Shown here: positions 9,296-18,289 of the stretch, piece by piece | How positions within the stretch are numbered: position 1 is the stretch's first letter | Layout: each line of letters opens with the position of its first letter | Assembly (NCBI GenBank): GCA_011322755.1 | Contig: DRLZ01000184.1 | Span: 1 to 33,880 of the forward strand | DNA: 33,880 nucleotides | From: Crenotrichaceae bacterium | GTDB lineage: Bacteria; Pseudomonadota; Gammaproteobacteria; Methylococcales; DRLZ01 | Reading direction: 5' to 3' | Position numbers and translations under genes: made by a program | The notes under the pieces: generated by a model | What the model was told of the DNA's origin: nothing | Database searches by the model: none | What the model saw: the letters and a program-made list of their open reading frames with translations, nothing else

Positions 9296-9485
9296 GTTGA
9301 AAACTGATTCCGTATAACAAAAAAAGTCGTGTATGCTGCACTTTACAAACCACCACTGCCGACCCGGGCACATGCGTGAGAAAAATGATCGACAAAATTC
9401 GCAGCCTACAGGAACAGATTAATCCATTCTGCGGATAAGGTCTAGTTTGGAATATTAAAAAACCCCTATTTATTAGTATGAAATA

Positions 9486-10019
9486 ATGAATAATTCCTGG
9501 TTAACATACGAAGATATTGAAGTGCTGATGCAATCAGCAGATAATTTTGAAAGTCCCTCTGAAATCCACGGCATGATGACAGGGTTTTTATGTGCAAAAC
9601 CTGATCTTCCTTTCACACACTGGCTTTCAGAGATTGACTTTTCTTTCAATCAGGCAAGTGATCGGGAGCTACTGGAACAACTCTACCATCAAATTGCTGA
9701 AATACTGGTTCGTAATGAGTATGATTTTGATTTGCTGCTTCCTGATGATGACAGTCCTTCAGATCTGCGTGCAATTGCATTGAGCCACTGGGTGCAAGGA
9801 TTTCTCTATGGACTCGGCTATCGTGGAGACGAGCAAGACTGGCCGGGAGAAACCCAGAGCATTCTGCTGGATTTAACTAAAATCGGGCAACTCGATCCAC
9901 AAGTCGACACTGAAGAGGACGAGCAAGCACTCATGGAAGTCACTGAATATGTCCGGGTTAGCGTGCTTTTGATTCATGCTGAATTAAATCAGGTCTCATC
10001 ACAACAAACTATTCACTAA
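9486..10019 (+). CDS. ygfB: UPF0149 family protein YgfB
   Basis: 177 aa, collinear with E. coli YgfB (EIHGMMTGFLC..., LSHWVQGFLYGLG, acidic stretch, EYVRVSVLLIH). Its stop is 1 nt before the pepP ATG. Confidence 0.88.
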   Translation: MNNSWLTYEDIEVLMQSADNFESPSEIHGMMTGFLCAKPDLPFTHWLSEIDFSFNQASDRELLEQLYHQIAEILVRNEYDFDLLLPDDDSPSDLRAIALSHWVQGFLYGLGYRGDEQDWPGETQSILLDLTKIGQLDPQVDTEEDEQALMEVTEYVRVSVLLIHAELNQVSSQQTIH

Positions 10020-10020
10020 T

Positions 10021-11340
10021 ATGCAATCGATTATTAGCCCAGCAGAATTTATTTCGCGCAGAGAAGCCCTGAAAAATATTGTTGGTGATGGCAATATCGC
10101 AATTATTCCCAGCGCAACCGAAACAATTCGTAACAATGATGCGGAGTTTCGCTATCGTCAAGACAGTGACTTTTATTACATCACAGGCTTCGAGGAACCA
10201 GATTCACTGGCAGTCTTCATTCCTGGCCGCGAGCAAGGTGAATACATCCTGTTTTGTCGGGAATTTGATGAAACCAGAGCGGTGTGGACCGGGCATCACC
10301 CTGGTCTGGAAGGCGCTTGTCGCGATTTTGGCGCTGATGATGCGTTTCCAATTGACGATCTTGACGATATTCTACCTGGAATGCTGGAAAACAAAGCCCG
10401 CGTTTACTACCCGATGGGACGCGATAAATCGCTGGATCAAAACCTGATGGACTGGCTGGCGCGCTTGCGTTCAAAAACACGCACAGGTATTCACGCACCG
10501 TCTGAGATTGTCTCTCTTGAGCACATCATCCACGAAATGCGCCTGATTAAAAGTGCGCTTGAAATTGATTGCATGCGTGAAGCAGCACGCATTGCGACTG
10601 CTGCTCATTGCCGGGCAATGCGACAGTGTGCACCCGGAATGTATGAGCATCAGATAGAAGCCGAACTCATGCATGAATTCATTAGCAATGGCGCTCAAAG
10701 TCCTGCTTATATCTCGATTGTTGCCGGTGGTACACATGCTTGTGTGCTGCATTATATCGAGAATAATGGCATACTCAATAATGGTGATTTACTGCTCATC
10801 GATGCGGGTGCGGAGTTTCAATATTATGCATCTGATATTACCCGTACTTTCCCTGTGAACGGACGCTACAGTCCAGCGCAGCGTATTCTTTATGAGTTAG
10901 TACTGGAAGCCCAGCTTGCCGCAATTGAACAAATTTACCCTGGTAATCCCTGGAACGCTCCGCACGATACAGCTGTATCAATCCTTACAGAAGGCTTGAT
11001 TCATCTTGGATTGTTACAAGGCAATCTGAATCAATTGATTGAAGAAGAAGCCTACAAATCATTCTACATGCATCGTACAGGCCATTGGCTTGGCATGGAT
11101 GTTCATGATGTTGGTGACTACAAAATTGATGATGAATGGCGAATATTTGAGCCGGGAATGGTACTGACAGTTGAACCCGGGCTTTATATTTCACAAGACT
11201 GCTCAACAGTCGATGAAAAATGGCGCGGTATCGGTATCCGCATCGAGGACGATGTACTGGTGACTGAAAAGTCGCGTGAAGTGCTTTCAGCCAGTGCACC
11301 AAAGACTGTGAATGATATTGAAGCCCTGTGTGCGAGTTAA
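10021..11340 (+). CDS. pepP: Xaa-Pro aminopeptidase (M24B)
   Basis: 439 aa. N-terminal creatinase-like domain (FRYRQDSDFYYITGF) and M24 metal ligands in DAGAEFQYYASDITRTFP, HRTGHWLGMDVHD, EPGLY and GIRIEDDV. Confidence 0.93.
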   Translation: MQSIISPAEFISRREALKNIVGDGNIAIIPSATETIRNNDAEFRYRQDSDFYYITGFEEPDSLAVFIPGREQGEYILFCREFDETRAVWTGHHPGLEGACRDFGADDAFPIDDLDDILPGMLENKARVYYPMGRDKSLDQNLMDWLARLRSKTRTGIHAPSEIVSLEHIIHEMRLIKSALEIDCMREAARIATAAHCRAMRQCAPGMYEHQIEAELMHEFISNGAQSPAYISIVAGGTHACVLHYIENNGILNNGDLLLIDAGAEFQYYASDITRTFPVNGRYSPAQRILYELVLEAQLAAIEQIYPGNPWNAPHDTAVSILTEGLIHLGLLQGNLNQLIEEEAYKSFYMHRTGHWLGMDVHDVGDYKIDDEWRIFEPGMVLTVEPGLYISQDCSTVDEKWRGIGIRIEDDVLVTEKSREVLSASAPKTVNDIEALCAS

Positions 11341-11345
11341 AACAA

Positions 11346-12530
11346 ATGACAAATCAATACGATATACTCATTTCGGGAGGTGGACTGGTCGGCGGCTCAC
11401 TGGCACTGGCAATTCAACACAGCGGATTAAAAATTGGCTTGATTGAGCTGCAAACCGCCGAACAAAAAAAACACTCGCCCGCTGGAGAGCGTGTATTGGC
11501 GATTTCACAAGGCTCAAAACAACTACTTGAGCAATCCGGTTTATGGCAGACAGTTACCACCGCATCAGAACCGATTAAAACCATACAAGTCTCAGACCGT
11601 GGTTACTTGGGAAAAACCCGTTTATCGGCAAAACGAGAAGGCGTTGACGCACTTGGCTATGTGCTTGAAGCCAGACAACTCGATCTGGCCTTGCTGCAAC
11701 AACTCGAACAAGCCACGGTTGATGTGATTGCGCCTGCAAAAATGACGCATCTTGACAACACCAGCCCTGCATCAGTTGCTGTCACAATCGAGCATAAAGA
11801 TGGTACTCAGGAGATTAAACAAACTCGATTACTGGTTGCTGCCGATGGAGGAAATTCATCCATTCGTCAACAGCTTGGCATCCATACCCGGCAGGTTGAC
11901 TATGACCAGACAGCACTGATCACACGAGTCAATGCGCAAATTCCTGTTGACAGTATTGCCTATGAGCGATTCACAGAAAGTGGACCGCTCGCCTTCCTTC
12001 CAATGGGACGAAGCAATTATTCAGTGGTGTGGACTTTACAGCCCAGACAAGCCCAGACCATGATGGAATTATCTGAACAGGATTTTATTCAGCGCCTGCA
12101 ACAAGCATTTGGATATCGACTGGGTCGGATTACCTTGACCAGTGCACGCCATGTTTTTCCACTGCAATTGCTGCATAGCAAAGAAATGACTGCCAATCGA
12201 GTCGCATTGATTGGGAATGCGGCCCATCAACTGCATCCGGTTGCAGGTCAAGGGTTCAATCTTGGGCTGAGAGATGCAGCTTGCCTGGCTAATTTAATCC
12301 GTTCTGACAGTGAAACAATAACAGATCCCGGCAGAGCAGAGATACTGGAAGAATTTGCTCAGATGAGAAACACAGATCACCAACGAGTGATCAACTTTAC
12401 CAACAGCTTGATCTGGCTATTCAGCAGCGATTGGAGCCTGCTTGGTCATGCCCGTAGTCTGGGTTTAATGACACTTGACAGAATACCCTGGCTGAAACAC
12501 CGGTTGGCAAAAGCCGCGATGGGAATGTAA
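11346..12530 (+). CDS. ubiH: FAD-dependent ubiquinone-biosynthesis hydroxylase (UbiH-type)
   Basis: Start moved from the GTG at 11328 to ATG 11346 (MTNQYDILISGGGLVGGSLAL, a GxGxxG motif). Also has ADGGNSSIR and GNAAHQLHPVAGQGFNLGLRDA. The position after pepP matches the E. coli ygfB-pepP-ubiH order. UbiH versus UbiF/UbiI cannot be settled from sequence alone. Confidence 0.8.
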   Translation: MTNQYDILISGGGLVGGSLALAIQHSGLKIGLIELQTAEQKKHSPAGERVLAISQGSKQLLEQSGLWQTVTTASEPIKTIQVSDRGYLGKTRLSAKREGVDALGYVLEARQLDLALLQQLEQATVDVIAPAKMTHLDNTSPASVAVTIEHKDGTQEIKQTRLLVAADGGNSSIRQQLGIHTRQVDYDQTALITRVNAQIPVDSIAYERFTESGPLAFLPMGRSNYSVVWTLQPRQAQTMMELSEQDFIQRLQQAFGYRLGRITLTSARHVFPLQLLHSKEMTANRVALIGNAAHQLHPVAGQGFNLGLRDAACLANLIRSDSETITDPGRAEILEEFAQMRNTDHQRVINFTNSLIWLFSSDWSLLGHARSLGLMTLDRIPWLKHRLAKAAMGM

Positions 12531-12545
12531 AACACAGGTAACACG

Positions 12546-13196
12546 CTAGATTGCCTTGGCATCAGTTAACACGGCTTCAATTGCTTCCGCCAGAAGTTGA
12601 TACCCTTGTGCATTCGGATGCACTGCATCAGATTTCAAATTGGTTTCAGATAAAATGTCTGACAAGGCATCATCAACAAATGCAACATGCATCTCATTTG
12701 CGACTTTTTGGTACACTTTTGCATCAGACAGCATTAACAATTTCGGTTGAGGCACAGCAACCAGTATCACTTCAGCGCCAGCGTCCCTGGCAAGTTGTAC
12801 CATTTGTTTCAGGTTATGTTCCAGTTGCTCGATTGGCTGTTTGCGAAGAAAATCATTACCTCCATGACAAATAACCACCAGTGAAGGCTGGTATTCATCG
12901 AGTAACCGCGGAAGCCTGAGCAATCCATCCGAGCTTAATTCACCCGGGATTCCTTCATTAATCACAGTGCGACCAATTCGGCTTGCGAGGACACTCGGGT
13001 AACTCATTTCGCTGGAAACACCGGTGCCATATGTCAAACTGTCTCCAAAAGCCAGAATAACATCAGTCTCGGTTAATCTGGTCAGTGGTGACACTGACCT
13101 GGAGCATCCCGCAATTAGTATCATGCAAAAGGTGATCAACAACAGAGCTGACAGCGTTAATAACGCATTTAGTTTTTTAATTCGAATGTGATGCAT
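12546..13196 (-). CDS. SGNH/GDSL arylesterase-thioesterase, lipoprotein (TesA-like)
   Basis: 216 aa. Signal peptide with lipobox LIAGC. SGNH blocks are FGDSLTYG, GIPGE, CHGGNDFL and DAVHPN. Collinear with E. coli TesA. Confidence 0.85.
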   Translation of the reverse strand: MHHIRIKKLNALLTLSALLLITFCMILIAGCSRSVSPLTRLTETDVILAFGDSLTYGTGVSSEMSYPSVLASRIGRTVINEGIPGELSSDGLLRLPRLLDEYQPSLVVICHGGNDFLRKQPIEQLEHNLKQMVQLARDAGAEVILVAVPQPKLLMLSDAKVYQKVANEMHVAFVDDALSDILSETNLKSDAVHPNAQGYQLLAEAIEAVLTDAKAI

Positions 13197-13214
13197 GTCT
13201 GATTGCCTGGTGAT

Positions 13215-13346
13215 TTAATGCAGATGGTTTGATAATTTAGTCACCGACTTTGAACACCCGTTGATTAAAACGAATAAACCCATCGTCGTCAGTATTGCTG
13301 CAATCGTCATCAGTCCAATTGCTTTTTGAGTTCGAGTATGACGCAT
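13215..13346 (-). CDS. Candidate 43-aa small membrane protein or lipoprotein
   Basis: Below the ORF-track cutoff. GGAGG-N5-ATG, then MRHTRTQKAIGLMTIAAILTTMGLFVLINGCSKSVTKLSNHLH: a positively charged N-terminus, one hydrophobic helix and a lipobox-like INGC. The stop is 18 nt before the esterase ATG. No homology evidence is available to me. Confidence 0.4.
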   Translation of the reverse strand: MRHTRTQKAIGLMTIAAILTTMGLFVLINGCSKSVTKLSNHLH

Positions 13347-13542
13347 AAACGCCTCCTGCATCATCATGCAAAGAGAATAGAAAAAGTTACTTTAAGCTCT
13401 AAGTACCTTACAATATAGCCGGTAAACCAGACATTGTTTGTGCGCTTTATCACTTTCTCCCTAGTTTTAACTTTGAAACAGTGTTTTCCGATACAATTCA
13501 CCAGCCTTTTTAGAAATTCATCAGTGTTATGTCAGGAAATTC

Positions 13543-14856
13543 ATGAATAATCCGCGTATTGGTTTTGTCAGCTTGGGTTGCCCTAAAGCTTTGGTCGACA
13601 GTGAGCGTATTCTGACCCAGCTGCGCGCCGAAGGATATGATGTTGTCGGCGATTACCAGCAGGCGGATGCTGTTGTGGTCAATACCTGTGGATTTATTGA
13701 TGCTGCGGTCGAAGAATCACTGGATACCATTGGTGAGGCTTTGAATGAAAACGGGCAAGTCATTGTCACTGGCTGCCTGGGTGCACGGGAAAACCAGATT
13801 CGTGAACGCTATCCACAAGTACTGGACATTAGCGGTCCTCATGCTTATGAAGCGGTCATGAAGGCAGTTCACAAGGCATTGCCTGCTCCTCATGATCCAT
13901 ACAGCAGTCTGATCCCCCCACAAGGCATCAAACTAACCCCGCGTCATTATGCTTATCTTAAAATTTCTGAAGGCTGTAACCATCGCTGTACATTTTGTGT
14001 CATTCCTTCATTCCGTGGAAATCTTGTTAGCCGAAACATTGATGAGGTGATGACAGAAGCTCAGCAACTGGTCAATGCCGGTGTAAAAGAATTACTGGTT
14101 ATTTCACAAGATACCAGCGCGTACGGCGTTGATCTCCGTTATCAAACCGGAAGCTGGCGTGGTCGGCAGCTGGAAACCAGTTTTCTATCGTTGGCACAAG
14201 CACTTGCAGAGCTTGATGTATGGGTACGCCTTCATTACGTCTATCCTTATCCACATGTTGATCAGATTATTCCGTTAATGGCTGAAGACAAGCTGTTGCC
14301 TTATCTGGATATCCCGTTTCAACATGCGAGCAGCCGTATTCTAAAGTTAATGAAACGTCCTGCCAGTTCCGAAAATGTTTTGCGACGCGTTCAAAACTGG
14401 CGCCAACAATGTCCTGAGCTTACGATACGCAGCACCTTTATCGTCGGTTTTCCCGGTGAAACAGAAGCCGAGTTTGAAGAATTACTGGAATTTTTGCAGC
14501 AAGCCCAGCTGGATCGTGTTGGCTGCTTTACATATTCACCAGTAGATGGCGCAGTGGCAAACACATTACCAGACCCTGTACCCGAAGAACTAAAGCAGGA
14601 ACGCTTGAAGCGTTTGATGGAACTGCAAGCGAATATCAGCAAGCAACGCATGCACAACAAAATTGGTAGCATACAACAAGTCTTGATTGATACGATAACC
14701 GAGCAAGGCGCGATCGGTCGCAGTAGTGCTGATGCGCCTGAAATCGATGGACAGGTTATTATTAGCTCATCTGAAAAGCTGCAAACCGGTACATTCGTTA
14801 ACGTGAAAATAAACGATGCAGACGAATATGATCTCTACGGGCAGCTCGACCTTTAA
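13543..14856 (+). CDS. rimO: Ribosomal protein S12 methylthiotransferase
   Basis: 437 aa. UPF0004 cysteines ([16 protein letters not shown]), radical-SAM [11 protein letters not shown] and a C-terminal TRAM domain. The N-terminus [12 protein letters not shown] is typical of RimO. Confidence 0.95.
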   Translation: MNNPRIGFVSLGCPKALVDSERILTQLRAEGYDVVGDYQQADAVVVNTCGFIDAAVEESLDTIGEALNENGQVIVTGCLGARENQIRERYPQVLDISGPHAYEAVMKAVHKALPAPHDPYSSLIPPQGIKLTPRHYAYLKISEGCNHRCTFCVIPSFRGNLVSRNIDEVMTEAQQLVNAGVKELLVISQDTSAYGVDLRYQTGSWRGRQLETSFLSLAQALAELDVWVRLHYVYPYPHVDQIIPLMAEDKLLPYLDIPFQHASSRILKLMKRPASSENVLRRVQNWRQQCPELTIRSTFIVGFPGETEAEFEELLEFLQQAQLDRVGCFTYSPVDGAVANTLPDPVPEELKQERLKRLMELQANISKQRMHNKIGSIQQVLIDTITEQGAIGRSSADAPEIDGQVIISSSEKLQTGTFVNVKINDADEYDLYGQLDL

Positions 14857-14924
14857 ACAACATGGTGATTGGCAATAGTCCAATCACCCCCATTTTATTT
14901 ACCATCCCACAGGAACAAACCATC

Positions 14925-15188
14925 ATGACAGATAAAAAGCAACTCGATGAAGCATTACAAGCACTGAGAAACGAGATTCTCAATTTAAATACTGATGATA
15001 GTCGCAAGCAATCCTTAAATACGCTGGCTGATCAGATAGAACAACAGATTGACGATACATCAAATACGAAACATCAGGGATTAGTCGAGAACCTGGAAGA
15101 AACCATTAACGAGTTTGAAGTTGAGCATCCTGATTTAACGTCTATTATCAACAGAATATTGATAACACTCGGTAACATGGGAATTTAA
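14925..15188 (+). CDS. DUF4404 family small helical protein
   Basis: Start moved to ATG 14925 (AGGAAC SD), giving 87 aa. MTDKKQLDEALQALRNEI...FEVEHPDLTSIINRILITLGNMGI matches the DUF4404 pattern as I recall it, including the ...LGxMGI C-terminus. Confidence 0.7.
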   Translation: MTDKKQLDEALQALRNEILNLNTDDSRKQSLNTLADQIEQQIDDTSNTKHQGLVENLEETINEFEVEHPDLTSIINRILITLGNMGI

Positions 15189-15237
15189 ACTTTACTGTCT
15201 TTAGGCTTATTTTCCAATCGCCCCTTGCCATTCCATC

Positions 15238-16356
15238 ATGCCAAAATACCTTTCAGACTATATCAATAGCCGGGATAATAATTTCAATCTACTCCGGTTT
15301 ATAGCTGCAAGTCTGGTTCTGTTTTCTCATAGTCATCCTCTGTCCAGTAACCAGCTTGATCCATTAGGAACAATAACTCATATGGGCTTTGGAGTGGTTG
15401 CTGTTGATATATTTTTTATTACCAGTGGGTTACTCGTTACAAAAAGCTTGTTTGACCGGAAAGATATTGTTTTCTTTATCTGGTCAAGAATTCTCAGGAT
15501 TTACCCAGCACTGATTATCGCTGTACTCTTTTGTATCTGTGTGGTTGGTGCTTATTTTACAACTTTACCACTTGAGGATTACTTCAACCATCCAGATACA
15601 TGGAAATTTCTTCGAAAAAATAGTACGTTATTAAATGGTGTTTATTACAAACTACCCGGTGTTTTCGACAACAATCTCTGGAAAAATACCGTCAACGGTC
15701 CTTTGTGGACATTGCCAGAAGAAATCAAGATGTATGTTATTGTTGTAATAGCCGGATTTCTACTCTACATCAAACCACCTGTAGTTACAGAGGAAAAGGC
15801 AAAATTCGCCTTTGCAGTAATTTGCCTTGCCAGTCTTGCATGGTTATATTATAAATTTGCACTTAGCTTTCCTGGGAAAAGGCATTATCATCATATATCC
15901 AGGTTTCTTACCCTGTTTTTTTGCGGTGCAACGTATTACATGATGGCGCATCGAGTTATATTATCTTTACGTTTATTCCTGATTGCTTGTTGTATTCTGA
16001 TTTATTTTCTTGGCAATCACACACCATTTTTTATTATCTATTTTTTACTCATCGGTTACATCACTCTTTATATCGCCTATGTACCTGCCGGTATCATGAG
16101 AAGATATAACAAATTTGGTGATTATTCCTATGGTATGTATATTTATGCTTTTCCTGTCCAGCAATCAGTAGCCGCCTTGATTGAGAATATCAGTGTAGCC
16201 AGAATGGTCATGCTCTCATTTAGCGTTACACTGGTATTGGCAATTTTTTCATGGCATTTGATTGAAAAACCAATGCTGGCAAAAAAATACCTATTACCAG
16301 ATTTATTGAGTAAACTTATCCTGAATAACTTTCAAAAAAACAACCTAACCAATTGA
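15238..16356 (+). CDS. Acyltransferase family 3 (OafA/YrhL-like integral membrane O-acyltransferase)
   Basis: 372 aa with about 10 TM segments. The N-terminal motif RDNNFNLLRFIAASLVLFSHS is typical of acyltransferase_3. The gene is conspicuously AT-rich. Confidence 0.85.
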   Translation: MPKYLSDYINSRDNNFNLLRFIAASLVLFSHSHPLSSNQLDPLGTITHMGFGVVAVDIFFITSGLLVTKSLFDRKDIVFFIWSRILRIYPALIIAVLFCICVVGAYFTTLPLEDYFNHPDTWKFLRKNSTLLNGVYYKLPGVFDNNLWKNTVNGPLWTLPEEIKMYVIVVIAGFLLYIKPPVVTEEKAKFAFAVICLASLAWLYYKFALSFPGKRHYHHISRFLTLFFCGATYYMMAHRVILSLRLFLIACCILIYFLGNHTPFFIIYFLLIGYITLYIAYVPAGIMRRYNKFGDYSYGMYIYAFPVQQSVAALIENISVARMVMLSFSVTLVLAIFSWHLIEKPMLAKKYLLPDLLSKLILNNFQKNNLTN

Positions 16357-16700
16357 AAATATTGGCACTCATTGATACTGCCTGGAAATAAATTGCGAGA
16401 AAAGAGGGAAGAATACCCAGTCTCTTGCAAACCAACCACATTTTCTGTAAGTGGTAATTCACGAGACAAGTGACCCCACAGGCATTGTTCATTCAATGCA
16501 CGACAAAATACGATAAGGCTGGATTCCGGAAATAGCCAGAGATTCTGATTGTATGTGATCCGATCACATACAATCGTGCTTACATTATGTACGATGGTGA
16601 TCGCTACCACTGGATTCAAACCCAAGCTTTTCCCATGCTTAATTTCATATGTTTCCAACATAACGATAGTCATTGGTAGCGTTATAGCATCATTAAACAA
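16332..16700 (-). CDS. Hypothetical ORF of doubtful coding status
   Basis: 122 codons from a TTG start with a weak GGTGAGAG SD. I recognise no family. It overlaps the acyltransferase 3' end by 25 nt and contains a perfect 29-bp palindrome. The region may be non-coding or a gene remnant. Confidence 0.25.
   Translation of the reverse strand: MFNDAITLPMTIVMLETYEIKHGKSLGLNPVVAITIVHNVSTIVCDRITYNQNLWLFPESSLIVFCRALNEQCLWGHLSRELPLTENVVGLQETGYSSLFSRNLFPGSINECQYFQLVRLFF
16547..16575. repeat. Perfect 29-bp palindrome (14-bp arms, 1-nt centre)
   Basis: GATTGTATGTGATC C GATCACATACAATC, read directly. It contains two GATC sites. A related 11-bp palindrome TACATTATGTA lies at 16582-16592. Confidence 0.9.
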
Positions 16701-16713
16701 AATCTCTCACCAC

Positions 16714-16750
16714 GTTATCTAATTATTTTCAATGGCTTTGAGTAGATAAC
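16714..16750. promoter_or_regulatory. 8-bp inverted repeat upstream of the CHRD-DUF302 gene
   Basis: GTTATCTA (16714-16721) and TAGATAAC (16743-16750) are separated by 21 nt, 31-67 nt upstream of the ATG at 16781, and next to a TATAAA element. Function unknown. Confidence 0.25.
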
Positions 16751-16780
16751 TCATATAAATCTCAATTCAGGAGGATTACC

Positions 16781-18202
16781 ATGCTGTTTAATAGAGTCAG
16801 GATAAAACTTGCTTGCGTTCTGGTCACGTTACTGTTGTCATTTTCGCTGCACGCTGAAATCGTCAAACTAGCTGCAAGTTTACAAGCAGCAAATCAAAAT
16901 GGATCTGACCCTGCACAGGTTACAGATCCTTTGGGTGTTGTTGAAACCAATGCATCTGGTTCAATCCAAATACAACTGGATACTGACAATAACACGCTGG
17001 ACTATCAACTGGATGTGACAGGAATTTCACGAGACCAGCTACGTAACTTTGGCCCCAATGAAACACCGATTCATTTGCATCTTGCCGGAGGTGGCGACCC
17101 GGGAAATTTCGGGCCGATCGCCATTGATCTCACGCTAAACGCTGTTGATGCTGACTTCACAAGCACGACAGACGGGTTCCAGTTAGCCAGAGATGGGATC
17201 TCAATTTTACTGGAAGATCAGGGCGGCGTTCAGCTGGGGATGCACCCAGGCAATGATCAAATTGTCGATGCGCTTAGATCCGGTAATACCTTTGTACTGG
17301 TCCATACGAACAAGGATATTTTTGTCAACGATGCTGGCCCGGCGCCTGGTTTTCCTTTTGGCGAAATTCGCGGCAATATCAAACCAGTTTCAACCATCAC
17401 AACACCTGCTCATGGAATGGACATTATTGTCTTGAAGGATGCTGTCGATGTCCCATCAGCTGTCGCTGAGCTTAAAGCCACACTCGAACAGGAAGGATTT
17501 AAAATTCCCTTGATTGTTGATCACTCCGCTGCCGCAGCCAGTGTTGATCTGGAGCTGGGTCCAAATCAGGTCATGTTCGCCCGGCTTCCACGCGTATTGG
17601 AAAAGCAGCTCCTCAGAAGAGGCAAAACCGTTGGTCTTGATTTGCCAATCAAATTCCATGTTTTCGAAGAGAATGGTGTCATCAAGCTCTCAGTGAATAC
17701 GCTCGGGTATCTGCTTGATCGTCATGATTTGTTTATTCGTGATTTTTCACTCAGATTTACCAATCGACTGATGCGTCAGTTTGGATCATCAGAAGCTGAA
17801 GAACATGGGTTGATAACCGTCCGTAGTCAGCAGTCGGTTGAGGAAACAGTCCAGGCACTGCAAGATGCAATTACTGTCAATCCAGCTGCGCGTATTCCAC
17901 TGGTACTGGATTATGGTGAAGGTAACAATCGTCGGCATCGTGTTCCGCTTCCAGTGCTGATCGTGTTCGGCAACCCGAATGTCGGAACACCTTTAATGCA
18001 GGCAGACCCGCGGATGGGTATCGACTTGCCGCTTAAATTTCTGGTGTGGACCGATTTCCAGGGCAGAGTCAATATTACCTATAATGATCTACGATTTCTT
18101 GCTGGGCGTATCAATCTGAGCGGTGTGGATGATCGTTTGAATGCCATCGCTGGTGCGCTGAACAATTTGGCACGCGCTGGTGCGGGCCAGGATCAGAATT
18201 AA
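16781..18202 (+). CDS. Secreted CHRD-domain protein fused to two DUF302 domains
   Basis: 473 aa with AGGAGG SD and signal peptide ...LLLSFSLHA/EIV. CHRD features are PIHLHLAGGGDPGNFGPI and FPFGEIRGNI. DUF302 number 1 is PLIVDHSAAAASVDLELGPNQV...GLDLPIKFHVFEENG. DUF302 number 2 is LIVFGNPNVGTPLMQADPRMGIDLPLKFLVWTD. Confidence 0.8.
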   Translation: MLFNRVRIKLACVLVTLLLSFSLHAEIVKLAASLQAANQNGSDPAQVTDPLGVVETNASGSIQIQLDTDNNTLDYQLDVTGISRDQLRNFGPNETPIHLHLAGGGDPGNFGPIAIDLTLNAVDADFTSTTDGFQLARDGISILLEDQGGVQLGMHPGNDQIVDALRSGNTFVLVHTNKDIFVNDAGPAPGFPFGEIRGNIKPVSTITTPAHGMDIIVLKDAVDVPSAVAELKATLEQEGFKIPLIVDHSAAAASVDLELGPNQVMFARLPRVLEKQLLRRGKTVGLDLPIKFHVFEENGVIKLSVNTLGYLLDRHDLFIRDFSLRFTNRLMRQFGSSEAEEHGLITVRSQQSVEETVQALQDAITVNPAARIPLVLDYGEGNNRRHRVPLPVLIVFGNPNVGTPLMQADPRMGIDLPLKFLVWTDFQGRVNITYNDLRFLAGRINLSGVDDRLNAIAGALNNLARAGAGQDQN

Positions 18203-18235
18203 GCTGCAAGCTTACTAAAAACTTCAGGTTGATCG

Positions 18236-18273
18236 AAAACGGCCTTGTGGATTGCATTCCAGGGCCGTTTTTG
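18236..18273. terminator. Bidirectional rho-independent terminator between convergent genes
   Basis: AAAACGGCCTTG (loop TGGATTGCATTC) CAGGGCCGTTTTT. The stem is 9 bp including one G-U, flanked by an A-tract on the left and a T-tract on the right. Confidence 0.6.
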
Positions 18274-18289
18274 TCGGCAACGCTCCAGC

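Noticed and set aside
16596-16632. tRNA-like T-arm sequence (GGATTCAAACCC) near the palindrome, as a possible tRNA fragment or att site
   Set aside because: No 5-bp stems can be drawn around the putative T-loop, and no acceptor or anticodon arms are evident.
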